A stretch of 64,000 bases of DNA from a candidate division FCPU426 bacterium (GCA_963719085.1 CAVRAL010000004.1:160001-224000); one strand, 5' to 3'; counted from the first letter of the stretch, positions 36,455 through 46,732 are shown. The notes: generated by a model from the letters alone, not told the origin. Numbers and translations are program-made.

Positions 36455-38203
36455 TCAGAATAAAATCGCCTTGAGCTCGGGCGGAACGCTTTCTTTGATC
36501 AAGTCCATCACTTCCTCGGAAGTCTTCAGCTTCAAGGCCGCTTTCGCGATCTCCTCGGCTTTTTGATGGGGCATCATGCGGATGACTTTTTTCACCTCGG
36601 GGATCACCGACACGCTGACGGAAAACTCGTCCAATCCCATCCCTAAAAGCAGGGGCACAAATTGGGGGTCGCCCGCCATTTCCCCGCACATGCCCACCCA
36701 TTTCCCGGCGCGGTGGCAGGCGTCCACCGTGATCTGGATCAAGCGCAAAATCGCCGGATGCAGGGGCTCGTAAAGATACGCCACGGACTCATTCACCCGG
36801 TCCACGGCCAAAGTATATTGGATGAGGTCGTTGGTGCCGATCGACAGGAAGTCCACTTCCTGGATCAATAGGTCCGCCATGATGGCCGCGGAGGGGATCT
36901 CGATCATGGCCCCCATCTCGATTTCCGAGCGGAAGACCTGGCCTTCTTTTTTCAACTGCTCGGCCGCTTCCCGGACCAAGGCTTTGGCTTCGCGGATCTC
37001 CGACAGCGAGGAGATCATGGGGAACATGATTTTAATCGGCCCATGGGCGGCCGCCCGCAGCATGGCCCGCAGTTGGGGCATAAAAATCTCGGGACGTTTC
37101 AAGCAAAGCCGGATGGCCCGCAGCCCCAAAAAGGGGTTGCTCTCGTGCATGGTGTTCAAGTGCGAAAGAAATTTATCGCCGCCTAAGTCCAGCGTGCGGA
37201 CGATGGCCGGATGGACGCCGATCTTCTCCGCCAACTCCCGGTAAGCCTGGTACTGCTCTTCCTCGGTGGGAACGCTCTCGCGGTTGAGAAAAAGAAACTC
37301 GGTCCGGAACAACCCCACGCCCTCGGCGCCATGGATGAAAATCTCATTCAGCTCCTGGGGGATCTCGATATTGGCGGCCAGCGTGACTTGGCGGCCGTCC
37401 GGCGTGGTGGCCGGCAGGTTGCGTAATTCTTCCAGGCTTTTTTGGAAAGCCCGGTAGGACTCTTGCAGGCGCTGGTATTGCTGGAGCGTGGCCGGCGTGG
37501 GCCGAAGCACAATCAGCCCCTTATTGCCGTCCAGGATGAGGGTGTCGCCGTCCTCGATTTCAGCCCGGATGTTGGGCATCCCCACGATGGCCGGAAGGCT
37601 TAAGGAGCGGGCCACGATGGCCACATGGGAGGTGCGGCCCCCGATCTCGGTGGCGAAACCCTTGATGATGTCGGTGGGCAGGTTGACCGTATCCGAGGGG
37701 GACAGGTCCTCCGCGATCAGGATGACCTCATGGTCCAGTTTTTTAAGATGGTCCTTTTCCCCGCCGGTCAGGTTTTTGAGCATGCGGCGGCCCACATCCT
37801 GGATATCGTTGCCGCGTTCCCGGAAATAGGGGTCGTCGATGTCGGCGATCAGGGCTTTAAATTTTTCCAATTCCTCGTGGATCAAGGCTTCGGCGTTGAG
37901 CCGGCGTTTGCGGATCGCCTCGGGAATTTCCTGCTGAAACACGGGATCATCCAGAACCACTTGGTGGGCCTTGAAGATGGCGGCGTGCTCGTCGCCCAGT
38001 TTTTCCTTGGCCTTATCCGCGACCTCGCCGATTTGAATGCGGGTCTTGGCGATGGCGTTCAAATACCGCTGAACCTCGGATTCCGTGTCCTCGGGCTTTA
38101 ACGCGCGCCGGGGAACGGTGAGGCCGGAAGGGTGGTAAAGATAAGCCGGGGCGATGGCGATACCGCCGGAAGCGGCGACCCCGTGCAGGATTTTTTCGGA
38201 CAA
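36455..38203 (-). CDS. ptsI: PTS enzyme I (phosphoenolpyruvate-protein phosphotransferase)
   Basis: GGRTSHVAI phospho-His site; GVGLFRTE, NPFLGLRAIR, SIGTNDLIQY and GMCGE motifs. Confidence 0.97.
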   Translation of the reverse strand: MSEKILHGVAASGGIAIAPAYLYHPSGLTVPRRALKPEDTESEVQRYLNAIAKTRIQIGEVADKAKEKLGDEHAAIFKAHQVVLDDPVFQQEIPEAIRKRRLNAEALIHEELEKFKALIADIDDPYFRERGNDIQDVGRRMLKNLTGGEKDHLKKLDHEVILIAEDLSPSDTVNLPTDIIKGFATEIGGRTSHVAIVARSLSLPAIVGMPNIRAEIEDGDTLILDGNKGLIVLRPTPATLQQYQRLQESYRAFQKSLEELRNLPATTPDGRQVTLAANIEIPQELNEIFIHGAEGVGLFRTEFLFLNRESVPTEEEQYQAYRELAEKIGVHPAIVRTLDLGGDKFLSHLNTMHESNPFLGLRAIRLCLKRPEIFMPQLRAMLRAAAHGPIKIMFPMISSLSEIREAKALVREAAEQLKKEGQVFRSEIEMGAMIEIPSAAIMADLLIQEVDFLSIGTNDLIQYTLAVDRVNESVAYLYEPLHPAILRLIQITVDACHRAGKWVGMCGEMAGDPQFVPLLLGMGLDEFSVSVSVIPEVKKVIRMMPHQKAEEIAKAALKLKTSEEVMDLIKESVPPELKAILF

Positions 38204-38206
38204 GAG

Positions 38207-38479
38207 CTACTCCTTCTCCCCGAAACGTTTGGCCAAAAGGTCGCGGATGGCGGCCAGGGCTTCCTTGGCGTCTTCCCCGTCGGTGGCGAATTCCAGCTCC
38301 GTTCCTTTGGCCGCGGCCAGGGTCATGAGACCCATCAGGCTTTTGGCGTTCACGTTCTGCACGCCGTGATGGATGAAGATCTGGCATTTAAATTTATTGG
38401 CCACCTTCACCAACTCGGCGGCGGCCCTTAAATGCAGCCCCAATTTATTGATGATCGGCATTTTTTCACTGGCTTTCAT
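38207..38479 (-). CDS. ptsH: Phosphocarrier protein HPr
   Basis: GLHLRAA (His15) and NAKSLMGLM (Ser46). Confidence 0.96.
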   Translation of the reverse strand: MKASEKMPIINKLGLHLRAAAELVKVANKFKCQIFIHHGVQNVNAKSLMGLMTLAAAKGTELEFATDGEDAKEALAAIRDLLAKRFGEKE

Positions 38480-38511
38480 AGCTCCCTCTTCCCTCTTTAT
38501 TCACGAAGCGT

Positions 38512-39372
38512 TTACGGCAACGGCGTTGTCGACAGCCCTCCCACGGAATCCGGCGTGGCGCTCAAATCCGGCCAAAAGGCCAGCATCAGCGCGAACAGGA
38601 CCACCGCGTAAAAAATCTGGCTGGGACTGATCTTCTTGTGCAGCACGAAGGTGAACAACCCCACGATGGCGGTGAAAAAAGTCAGTTTCAGCGTGAACAG
38701 GTAAGCCCGGTGTTCCAGGTCGGACAAGTTCACGAACACGATCAAAACCCCCAAGAGCACCACGGCCGCCAGCCTTAAACCCCGGATGGCCTGTTGGAAC
38801 CCGTATTGGCGCAGGGTCAACACCACCTGGTCGCTTTTGCGGTAACCCTGTAAAAAGCCCATCAGCCTGAGGCCCACATGGGCTACGTTATAAACCACCA
38901 CAAATAAAACCGGGATGACCCAATATTGCCCGCCCACCCAGAAGGATTTGGACAAAACCAGCGTCACGGCCAAAAGCCCGCAATAGGGGCGAATGGTGGC
39001 CCAAAATAAATTGTCCCCCATGGCCGCCAAGGGGCCCATCATGCCCACCTTCAGGGCGTTGATCTCATCTTCCTTTTGTTTCTGGCGGTTCTTCGGCTCC
39101 GCGGCCCGCTCGGCTTCCATGCGCGCCACCGCCCCCAAGATGAAGGAAGCCATATAGGGATGGGTGTTGAAATATTCCAAATGCCGGGACAAGGCCGCTC
39201 CCCGCGCCTCGGGCGGATAAAGTTTTTTAAAGACCGGGACCAGGATAAAGGCGACCCCGTAGTTCAGATAACGCTCAAAGTTCCACACCGTCTGCAGGAA
39301 AAAGGACCGGCCAAAAGCCGAGGCCAGGGTCCACCAGCCCAAGCGCGTCGGGTTCGTGTTTTCCGGGCTCAT
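38512..39372 (-). CDS. PTS mannose/fructose/sorbose family EIID
   Basis: WNFER, HLEYFNTHPY and MMGPLAAMGDNLFW motifs. Confidence 0.92.
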   Translation of the reverse strand: MSPENTNPTRLGWWTLASAFGRSFFLQTVWNFERYLNYGVAFILVPVFKKLYPPEARGAALSRHLEYFNTHPYMASFILGAVARMEAERAAEPKNRQKQKEDEINALKVGMMGPLAAMGDNLFWATIRPYCGLLAVTLVLSKSFWVGGQYWVIPVLFVVVYNVAHVGLRLMGFLQGYRKSDQVVLTLRQYGFQQAIRGLRLAAVVLLGVLIVFVNLSDLEHRAYLFTLKLTFFTAIVGLFTFVLHKKISPSQIFYAVVLFALMLAFWPDLSATPDSVGGLSTTPLP

Positions 39373-40139
39373 CGCGCGTCCCCCCGCCGCATAAAAATCA
39401 AACTCAAAATAAAACCGGACAAAAGGGCGATCCCCACCAGCAAAACTCCCGGCACGTGTAAAAAAATCGCCAAGGTCATAAATGTGGCGATGGACAAGAT
39501 GAGATAAATCACTGTCTGCCTTTCCACCATCAGGTCAATGACCGCCGAGCAGCCCAGCGCCAAAAGAAGCCAGTAAGCGTAGTAAAGCCCTTCCATCACT
39601 TTCGGGGGCAGGATGAGGAAAAGCCGCCCGGTGAGATGCGCGATAAAAAGCCCGACCAGGGCCATTAAAAAACCTTTGGCGTAAAGCTCCAGCAAAACCA
39701 CCGCGTTCAACCATCCAAAAAGGCTCGTATGCCCTTCGGTGGCCAGCTTTTGCGCGAAATGCACCCAGCGCACATGAAATTTCCGAAGCAGCATCTCGGC
39801 TTCCGTACTGAGCGCCGCCAAGGGGATGCAAATGCCGATGGCGTAAGTCATCACCGCTTCCGGCGGGAAGCTTCCCTGCTTGGCCAATTCACAGGCGAAA
39901 GCCGTCGAGATCCCCGCCAGCATCATGATGTCGATGGGCAAATGAGCCCCCACCGGCAGGTCCCCAATCCAAATAATCTCGATCAAAGCCCCCATCTCAA
40001 GTCCCAGCGCGGGCTGGCCGCAAAAAAAGCCAACCAAGGGCCCCACCACAATGGGCCGGGAAATCATGAATTGTCCCACCGCCGAAACGTCGAGGCTTAA
40101 AAGCCCCAGCAGCGCGGGAAGCATCAACCATTCGGTCAT
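39369..40139 (-). CDS. PTS mannose/fructose/sorbose family EIIC
   Basis: QFMISRPIVVGPLVG...GALIEIIWIG.LPVGA. Confidence 0.9.
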   Translation of the reverse strand: MTEWLMLPALLGLLSLDVSAVGQFMISRPIVVGPLVGFFCGQPALGLEMGALIEIIWIGDLPVGAHLPIDIMMLAGISTAFACELAKQGSFPPEAVMTYAIGICIPLAALSTEAEMLLRKFHVRWVHFAQKLATEGHTSLFGWLNAVVLLELYAKGFLMALVGLFIAHLTGRLFLILPPKVMEGLYYAYWLLLALGCSAVIDLMVERQTVIYLILSIATFMTLAIFLHVPGVLLVGIALLSGFILSLIFMRRGDAR

Positions 40140-42316
40140 GAGCCGGCCGCCTCCTTCAATCGCGTGGTGAGGGTTGTCTCAAACGATTTTTTGGGCGCCA
40201 AGCTCACTTCATGGCCGAACAAAAGGCAGGATCCTTGGTACACCCGCTCGAAACCGCCCTCGGACTGGGAAATGGTCTCCACCGGATAACGCGAAAATCG
40301 CGCGGGCTGGGAGCTTTTAAAATCAATTTCTATTTTGAGCCAGCCGTCGGTCATGGAGGCTTGCTCCACATTCATTTCGGTTCCCAGACTGTTCAGCTTT
40401 CGGTCGGTCAGCTCCCGGCCTTTCACGGTGTAAAAGCGGTCCGGCGCGTCCCCGGCCAGAAGGGTCAGGTTCCATTCGGCGAGGAACAAAAATTTCACGG
40501 GCCGGGTTCCCAGGTTCTCGAGTTTGTAGTCGGTCTCTAAATGGAAGCCGCCCGGCGAGAAAGAAAGTTTTTTGGTCAGCCGAAGGGGCACCGGCTCCCC
40601 GCCGTCCTTGAAAAGACCGTCCGCGGTCAATTGAACCTTGAGCGGCTCGCCCTTCTTTTTGGGCGGGGTAACTTTAAAATCAAAAGGCAGGCGGTGAAAG
40701 TCGCTCCACTCGTCATATTGGACCTTCCAAAGCTGCTCCACCGTGGTGCCGGGGGGGACCAACCGCTCCATCAGGCTGGTGCGGACATCCCTGTCGTAAA
40801 AAAGCTTATGCTCCAAACCCGGTTCCTTGGTGCGCACGGTGTCGTGAATGCTGGCCGGCTGGCTTTGGCCCGCGGTTTGGTTGGCCATGGCCAAAAGCTT
40901 GCTGTGGTAGGCTTCCTTGCGGCGGGTCAAGGTATCCGAAAGATTGATGGGGTTTTTAAAGTAATCCAATTCCCGAAGCGATCCGCCCCGCGCCGGTTCC
41001 AGCAAAGCGCTGAAGGCGTTGGTTTCCACCACGATCTCATCCCGGCCGTCTTTGTTGAAGTCGGCCACTTGGGCCTGGATCCCATGGGAAGGCGGCGGCA
41101 AAAGCAAGCCGGCCTCGCGCTCCGCCTCCACCAACTGGCGGTAATTGGCGAACCGCAGATGGTTCAGGTAAAGACCGCCGAAAACCCCGTGCCAATAAGG
41201 GCAATTGCACTGGCCCCGGTACAAAGCCTGGACCGCCTTCTCCAGCAAGGCTTTTTGTTTGGGTGTGGATTTTTTAGAAAGATGCAGGCGCGCCTTTTCC
41301 ACTTTATCCGAGACCCAAAGCATTTTTTTATGCATCTGGTTGCTCTCGGCGTATTTCACTTGGAAGTTGCGCCAAATGCCGCCTTTCAAGTAACGGTCAT
41401 AGCGCGGCATCTCGCCCCGGTCCCGGACCTCATGGCGGATTTGCTCGTATTCCTCAGCCGCTTCCGCGGGCAGCGACCACTCGCCCATTTCGGTGTAAGA
41501 ACCCGTGGGCAGGGCCAAGGGGCCTTTGGGCGGATGTTCGGCCGCGAATTCGGCGAAGGTGGAGCAGGTGAGCCAATCCGAATTATCGGAAAGCGCCGAA
41601 AGGAACCGCTCGAGCCAGCCTTCCTCGTAAACCCATTTATAGGTATCGGGCCAGCCGCCGAATTTTTCCCCGTCATCCATCAGCACCACGCAGCGGTCGC
41701 CTTCCTCGGTGGCCACCGAGCGCAGGTAATTCAGGCTTTCATTCACGTCTTGGAAGGGAACCAGGTAGCGCATCTTTTCAGAGATCGGGAAAACCCCCAC
41801 CGTCTTGCCTTGTTCTTCCATCAGGTAATAGCCGAAGGTCTCGTCCTCGCGAAGGCCGGTGGCCTTGAAGTGCGCGTCATCCATCACGATGTACTTCACC
41901 CCGGCCTCGGCCAGGGGCCGGGTCAAATGGGGTTCCCAAACCCGCTCCGCCACCCACATGCCTTGGACGGGTACCTTGAACTTTTTTTCCAGGATATCGG
42001 TTAAGCGCCGCATCTGCCCCAGTTTGTCCCGGTCGGGCAAAATGGAAAGAATGGGCTCGTACATGCCGCCGGTAAAAAGCTCGATCTGCCCCCGCTTGAC
42101 CATCTCGCCCAAAAGCTTCAAATATTCCGGCTTATTTTCCTCCATCCACTCAAGCAGCGGCCCCGTGGTATGGACGGTGAATTTTACTTTGGGATAACGG
42201 TTGAGGATTTTTAAAAAAGGTTCGTAGGATTGGCGGTAAAGGGTCTCAAAAACCTGCCCGAAATTGCCCACCGGCTGGTGGTTATGAACGCCCAGAATCA
42301 AGGTGACTTTTTTCAT
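40136..42316 (-). CDS. GH57 4-alpha-glucanotransferase / alpha-amylase
   Basis: HNHQPVGN, EPIL, WVAERVWE (nucleophile Glu), DDGEKFG (acid/base Asp), QCNCPYWHG and ETISQSEGGFE. Confidence 0.93.
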   Translation of the reverse strand: MKKVTLILGVHNHQPVGNFGQVFETLYRQSYEPFLKILNRYPKVKFTVHTTGPLLEWMEENKPEYLKLLGEMVKRGQIELFTGGMYEPILSILPDRDKLGQMRRLTDILEKKFKVPVQGMWVAERVWEPHLTRPLAEAGVKYIVMDDAHFKATGLREDETFGYYLMEEQGKTVGVFPISEKMRYLVPFQDVNESLNYLRSVATEEGDRCVVLMDDGEKFGGWPDTYKWVYEEGWLERFLSALSDNSDWLTCSTFAEFAAEHPPKGPLALPTGSYTEMGEWSLPAEAAEEYEQIRHEVRDRGEMPRYDRYLKGGIWRNFQVKYAESNQMHKKMLWVSDKVEKARLHLSKKSTPKQKALLEKAVQALYRGQCNCPYWHGVFGGLYLNHLRFANYRQLVEAEREAGLLLPPPSHGIQAQVADFNKDGRDEIVVETNAFSALLEPARGGSLRELDYFKNPINLSDTLTRRKEAYHSKLLAMANQTAGQSQPASIHDTVRTKEPGLEHKLFYDRDVRTSLMERLVPPGTTVEQLWKVQYDEWSDFHRLPFDFKVTPPKKKGEPLKVQLTADGLFKDGGEPVPLRLTKKLSFSPGGFHLETDYKLENLGTRPVKFLFLAEWNLTLLAGDAPDRFYTVKGRELTDRKLNSLGTEMNVEQASMTDGWLKIEIDFKSSQPARFSRYPVETISQSEGGFERVYQGSCLLFGHEVSLAPKKSFETTLTTRLKEAAGS

Positions 42317-42795
42317 ACTTTGATCTCCGGTAAGTACTTTTCGATGGGTTCCTTCAAGTCCCCGGGCACGGCGCGGATTTCCATCTCAATGCCCCGGGCT
42401 TTTAACCGGCGGAAGGATTCCACGTCCTCGGCCGTCACGCAAAGCACCTTGCAGACCTGCCGGCGGCCTTCGGTGAAATGAAGGCCCCCCACGTTCACCG
42501 AAACCACCCGGCCCCCTTTTTCGGCGTAAGCCAAAAGGTCCGAGGGAGTGGAAAAAAGCATCAAGGCGCGTTCCCGCTCGGAGCCCATGGACGCGGCCAC
42601 CGCCTCCTCCACGGTGAAAAAGCTCACCCGGAGGTTGGAGGGAACGGCCATTTCCATCAGGGTCCGCTGCATGGCGTTCTTGGCGATAGCGTCATTGACC
42701 ACGACCAGGCGCTGGATATTCAGGCTTTTGGACCAGCCCACCACCACTTGGCCGTGGATCAGCCGGTCGTCAATTCGGATCAGTTGGATGTCCAT
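42313..42795 (-). CDS. PTS mannose family EIIB
   Basis: RIDDRLIHGQV...W motif. Confidence 0.94.
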   Translation of the reverse strand: MDIQLIRIDDRLIHGQVVVGWSKSLNIQRLVVVNDAIAKNAMQRTLMEMAVPSNLRVSFFTVEEAVAASMGSERERALMLFSTPSDLLAYAEKGGRVVSVNVGGLHFTEGRRQVCKVLCVTAEDVESFRRLKARGIEMEIRAVPGDLKEPIEKYLPEIKV

Positions 42796-42820
42796 CTTTG
42801 TTTTCCGCTTCTTCCCGAGC

Positions 42821-43225
42821 TTATTTTTTCTTGAACAGTTCCACCGAGGTCACCACCCCGTCCCGCGTGGATTGCTGGATATCCAGGCTTAACGCGTCCA
42901 AATCGGTCTCGTCCCGGTGCGAAACCACCTTGATGAGCATGGGCAGATTAACGCCCGTAATCACCTTGACGTTGCGGGTCGTGGCCAGTTGGATGCCCAC
43001 ATTAAAGGGCGTCCCTCCCAGCATGTCGACCAAAATCAAGGCTCCTTGAGCCTTCGGATCAACCTGATCGACGGCCTTTTCCATTTTCATCCGCAGATTT
43101 TCGGGCGAATCCTTGGAAAGCAGGGGCACCGAAACCATCCCCTCGGTTTCCCCGATGATCATTTTCAGGGTGTCCAAAAGGGCGGTCCCAAACTCCCCGT
43201 GCGTCGCGATCAGTACCCCTATCAT
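42821..43225 (-). CDS. PTS mannose/fructose family EIIA
   Basis: IATHG, DMLGGTP.N and GVNLPML motifs. Confidence 0.95.
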   Translation of the reverse strand: MIGVLIATHGEFGTALLDTLKMIIGETEGMVSVPLLSKDSPENLRMKMEKAVDQVDPKAQGALILVDMLGGTPFNVGIQLATTRNVKVITGVNLPMLIKVVSHRDETDLDALSLDIQQSTRDGVVTSVELFKKK

Positions 43226-43258
43226 AAGTCTCCCTCGGTCTTGTTCCCAGGCCCCAAG

Positions 43259-44527
43259 TTACATCACCAAAAGGCGCAGGATGGCCCGGCCCAATTTTTC
43301 ACGGTCATGGCGCACGAAATCCTGCTGGTGCAAAAGATTGGCCCGGACCACCCGGGCCCCTAATTTTTTCACCTCGGCGTCGTCCACCACCACGGGCTCC
43401 TGGCCGAAGGCCGCGTAACGGGCCAAAAGCCGCGTGGGCACCTTTTCCTTGTTCACCATGACGTAATGCACGAAGTTGGGCGCGGTGTGTTTGAACAAAG
43501 CCCGCACATGGTCCGACACGGTGAAAAAATCGGTCTCGCCGGGCTGGGTCATCACATTGCAGATAAAAATTTTAACGGCCCGGGAAAGCGCGATCGTCTC
43601 GGCGACCTCCGGAATGAGCAGGTTGGGGATGATGCTGGTAAAAAGGCTGCCCGGGCCCAGGACGATGGCGTCGGCTTCCAAGATCGCTTTCAGGACTTCT
43701 TTATTCGGCCGGATCTTGCTTTCCTTGAGCGTGATCTCGTCGATGGGGGATTTGACCAGGGGAATGGCGGACTCGCCGGTCACGATTTTCCCGTTCTTAA
43801 ACCGCGCCCGCAAGGTCATGGAATCAAAGGTCACCGGCATGACGGTCCCCCGGGTGGCCAGCACCTTGCTGGATTCTTCCACGGCCTTTCCAAAGTCCCC
43901 GGTGATTTCCCCCATGACGGTGATGAAAAGGTTCCCGAAACTGTGGCCCTTCAGGTCGCCGTGGCCCTTAAAACGGTATTGGAAAAGATCGTTCAACAGG
44001 GTTTGCTGGTCGGCCAAGGCCACGATGCAATTGCGGATGTCGCCCGGCGGCGGCGTGCCGAAGTCCTTGCGCAGCCGGCCCGAGCTTCCCCCGTCGTCGG
44101 CCACCGTCACGACCGCGGTCAGGTTGCTGGTGAATTGTTTCAATCCGTAAAGCACGTTGGGCAGGCCCGTGCCGCCGCCCACGCACACGATCCGGGGGCC
44201 GCGCTTCAAGCGGGCCTGCCGGTAGGCGATGTTCATGAATTCTTTTTCCCGGTGCGGAAGCAGCACGGTCAAAACGGCGTAAAGCGCCCGCCGGATGGCG
44301 TAAACCCCGAGGACGATGCCGCCCAGGATCAGGATGAAATCAACGAACTTTAAATGCCGGAGGGTGTCCCCGATCTCCAGGATGATCGGCGGGTTATAGT
44401 GAACCCCGTGGAGGCGTCGGCCGAGGATGCCGGAAAAACCCATGAGCAGGATCACGGCCGCGCCGGCCATCAAAAAAAACCAGCGTTTGAGCCGCATGCC
44501 CGGATAAAGCCAGCGCAATCCCAGCAT
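43259..44527 (-). CDS. yvcK: YvcK/GlmR family UDP-GlcNAc-binding gluconeogenesis factor with N-terminal TM helices
   Basis: GGGTGL, VADDGGSSG.LR, PGDIRNC, GHSFGNL, GPGSLFTS and NVMTQPGET motifs. Confidence 0.92.
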   Translation of the reverse strand: MLGLRWLYPGMRLKRWFFLMAGAAVILLMGFSGILGRRLHGVHYNPPIILEIGDTLRHLKFVDFILILGGIVLGVYAIRRALYAVLTVLLPHREKEFMNIAYRQARLKRGPRIVCVGGGTGLPNVLYGLKQFTSNLTAVVTVADDGGSSGRLRKDFGTPPPGDIRNCIVALADQQTLLNDLFQYRFKGHGDLKGHSFGNLFITVMGEITGDFGKAVEESSKVLATRGTVMPVTFDSMTLRARFKNGKIVTGESAIPLVKSPIDEITLKESKIRPNKEVLKAILEADAIVLGPGSLFTSIIPNLLIPEVAETIALSRAVKIFICNVMTQPGETDFFTVSDHVRALFKHTAPNFVHYVMVNKEKVPTRLLARYAAFGQEPVVVDDAEVKKLGARVVRANLLHQQDFVRHDREKLGRAILRLLVM

Positions 44528-45501
44528 TAAGGCTTCCTTCGTTTGCGCGGCGGCAGGGCCCGGCGAACGTTTTCTTCCTGCATCATGCGGCTCACCCGGT
44601 CCGCGAATTCCTGGGCCGTGAAATAACCCAGCTTCATCAACCGGTGGTTCATGGAAGCCACCTCAATGATGACCGCCAGGTTCCGTCCAGGCCGGACCGG
44701 GATGAGAAACATCGGGATTTCCACGTCGAAAATTTTGTGCTTGGCGGGCGTCAGCCCCAGCCGGTCGTATTCTTTTTTGTTGTCCCAATCTTCCAAGCGG
44801 ACCACGAGCTCAATGCGCTTTTTGTCCCGGATCGCGCCCACGCCAAAAAGGCTTTCCACATTGATGATGCCCAATCCGCGGATTTCCATGTGGTGCTTGA
44901 TGATTTCGGACCGGGCGCCCATCAGGATGCGGTTGGCCAGGCGTTTGATATAAACCAAGTCATCGGCCACCAAGCGGTGGCCGCGTTCCACCAATTCCAG
45001 CGCGCACTCGCTTTTGCCGATCCCCGAATTTCCCAGGATGAGAACCCCGACGCCGTAAATATCCAGCAAGGTTCCATGGATGGTGGTCTCCGGCGCGAAC
45101 TCCTCTTCCAGAAATACCGAAACCTCGGACACGAACTTGGTCGTGGGAGTCGGCGTGGTGAACAAGGGGATTTTATGCTCCCGGGCCTCGGCCACCATTT
45201 CCGCCGGCGGCTTCATTTTATGGGTGACGATGATGCAGGGCATGGAATAGGAAAATATCTTGTGGAAAATGGCCCGTCGCTGGGCCGGTTTGAGGGTTTG
45301 CAGGTAATGGATTTCGGTCTTGCCCAGAATTTGAAGGCGCTCATAGGCGAACCATTTGAAATAACCGGTCAGCGCCATGCCGAGCCGGTTGATGTCCACG
45401 CTCACGATGTGCCGGGAGGCCATTCCCTCCTCCACCACGGGGGTCAGGTGAAGGCGTTCCTTGGCTTGCTGGAGGAGGGCTTCCACGGATATTTTTTTCA
45501 T
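44527..45501 (-). CDS. hprK: HPr(Ser) kinase/phosphorylase
   Basis: GNSGIGKSE, LVADD, HMEIRGLGII and PVRPGRN motifs. Confidence 0.96.
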   Translation of the reverse strand: MKKISVEALLQQAKERLHLTPVVEEGMASRHIVSVDINRLGMALTGYFKWFAYERLQILGKTEIHYLQTLKPAQRRAIFHKIFSYSMPCIIVTHKMKPPAEMVAEAREHKIPLFTTPTPTTKFVSEVSVFLEEEFAPETTIHGTLLDIYGVGVLILGNSGIGKSECALELVERGHRLVADDLVYIKRLANRILMGARSEIIKHHMEIRGLGIINVESLFGVGAIRDKKRIELVVRLEDWDNKKEYDRLGLTPAKHKIFDVEIPMFLIPVRPGRNLAVIIEVASMNHRLMKLGYFTAQEFADRVSRMMQEENVRRALPPRKRRKP

Positions 45502-45562
45502 TCGCTCGCTCCCGAAAAAGAAAATTCATCGCTTGGCTTGGCCCGGTCTTCGAAGCGCCGCC

Positions 45563-46027
45563 TCAGTGTTTGAGTTTTTCTTCCTCTTGGATGATCTTGA
45601 TCACTTCGTCGGGAGTCTTGGCGGACAGGAGGGACTTGCGGAAATACTTGTCTTTCAAAAGGCTGGAGATGCGGGCCAGGGCCTTCAAATGCGCGCCGGC
45701 CGCCCCTTCGGGCGCGACCAACAAGAAAAAAATATTCACGGGCTCCCCGTCCAACGCGTCAAAGCTGATCCCTTCCTGGGAGACCCCAAAAGCCGCCGCC
45801 AGATCCGAGACCGTGTCCGACTTTCCGTGGGGGATCGCGATGCCTTGGCCGATTCCGGTGGAACCCAATTCTTCCCTTTCCATCAGGGTTTGGAGCATTT
45901 TCTTTTTGTCTTTCACCTTGCCGGACTTGGCCAGCAGCTCCACCAATTCCTTGATGGCATCCTTCTTGATCTTGGACTCCAGGTTCAACTTAATGGCGTC
46001 CACGGTTAGAAAATCCAGTATCTGCAT
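45563..46027 (-). CDS. ptsN: PTS EIIA (Ntr/fructose type)
   Basis: REELGSTGIGQGIAIPH; HLKALARIS; position after rpoN-hpf. Confidence 0.9.
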   Translation of the reverse strand: MQILDFLTVDAIKLNLESKIKKDAIKELVELLAKSGKVKDKKKMLQTLMEREELGSTGIGQGIAIPHGKSDTVSDLAAAFGVSQEGISFDALDGEPVNIFFLLVAPEGAAGAHLKALARISSLLKDKYFRKSLLSAKTPDEVIKIIQEEEKLKH

Positions 46028-46123
46028 CGAAAATCCTCCTGGGCCTTTGCCCTTGAAGCGCTCAATTTCACCCTACCACGATCGGCCCTGTTGAAACCAG
46101 ACCGCCCCGGCGTCCGGATCGCC

Positions 46124-46663
46124 TTAATATTCCGGCTCAATCAAGCCGATGTGATGGTCTTTGCGTTTATAAACCACGCCGGTCCGGCCGGTCTCGGCGT
46201 CATAAAAAACCATGAATTCATCCTTCGACTTGGCCAGCTGGGAGGCGGCCTCTTCCACCGACATGGGTTTGGCGGAATACTGGCGGGATTGGATGATCTC
46301 AAACTCTTCGCCCGCGGCGGAAGGCGGGATGAGCCCATGGGTGACGGACTTAAAGGGAGAGATTTCACGGCCCCGATGACGCCCCACCCGGATGTCTTTA
46401 TGTTTCTTGGCTTGGGTTTCCAGTTTTTCCAAGGCCCCGTCGATGGAATTATACATGTCCCGGGAAACGGCTTTGGAGCTCATCTTCAATCCCTTGGCCG
46501 ACAGGTTGATTTCGCAGGTATGGCCTTTTTTCTCGAAGTTCAGGATGACATGGGCTTCTTTGATCTTGCCTAAATAGCGCTCCACCCGCTTGATCTTGTC
46601 TTCCACCGACAAGCGCAGGCCCTCGGTCAACTTTTCATGACGGCTGGTGATGTTAATTTTCAT
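46124..46663 (-). CDS. hpf: Ribosome hibernation promoting factor (long HPF)
   Basis: MKINITSRH...DMYNSID...KLE; C-terminal KPMSVEEA...VVYKR...GLIEPE. Confidence 0.93.
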   Translation of the reverse strand: MKINITSRHEKLTEGLRLSVEDKIKRVERYLGKIKEAHVILNFEKKGHTCEINLSAKGLKMSSKAVSRDMYNSIDGALEKLETQAKKHKDIRVGRHRGREISPFKSVTHGLIPPSAAGEEFEIIQSRQYSAKPMSVEEAASQLAKSKDEFMVFYDAETGRTGVVYKRKDHHIGLIEPEY

Positions 46664-46704
46664 TAATTTTTCCGATGACAACGAAAGTGCTGAAAAACCC
46701 GCTT

Positions 46705-46732
46705 ATTCTAACACCCGAAAAAGGGAAGTCAA
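46705..46732 (-). promoter_or_regulatory. Putative sigma70 promoter of hpf and the PTS genes
   Basis: TTGACT-N16-TAGAAT with a TG extended -10. Confidence 0.6.
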
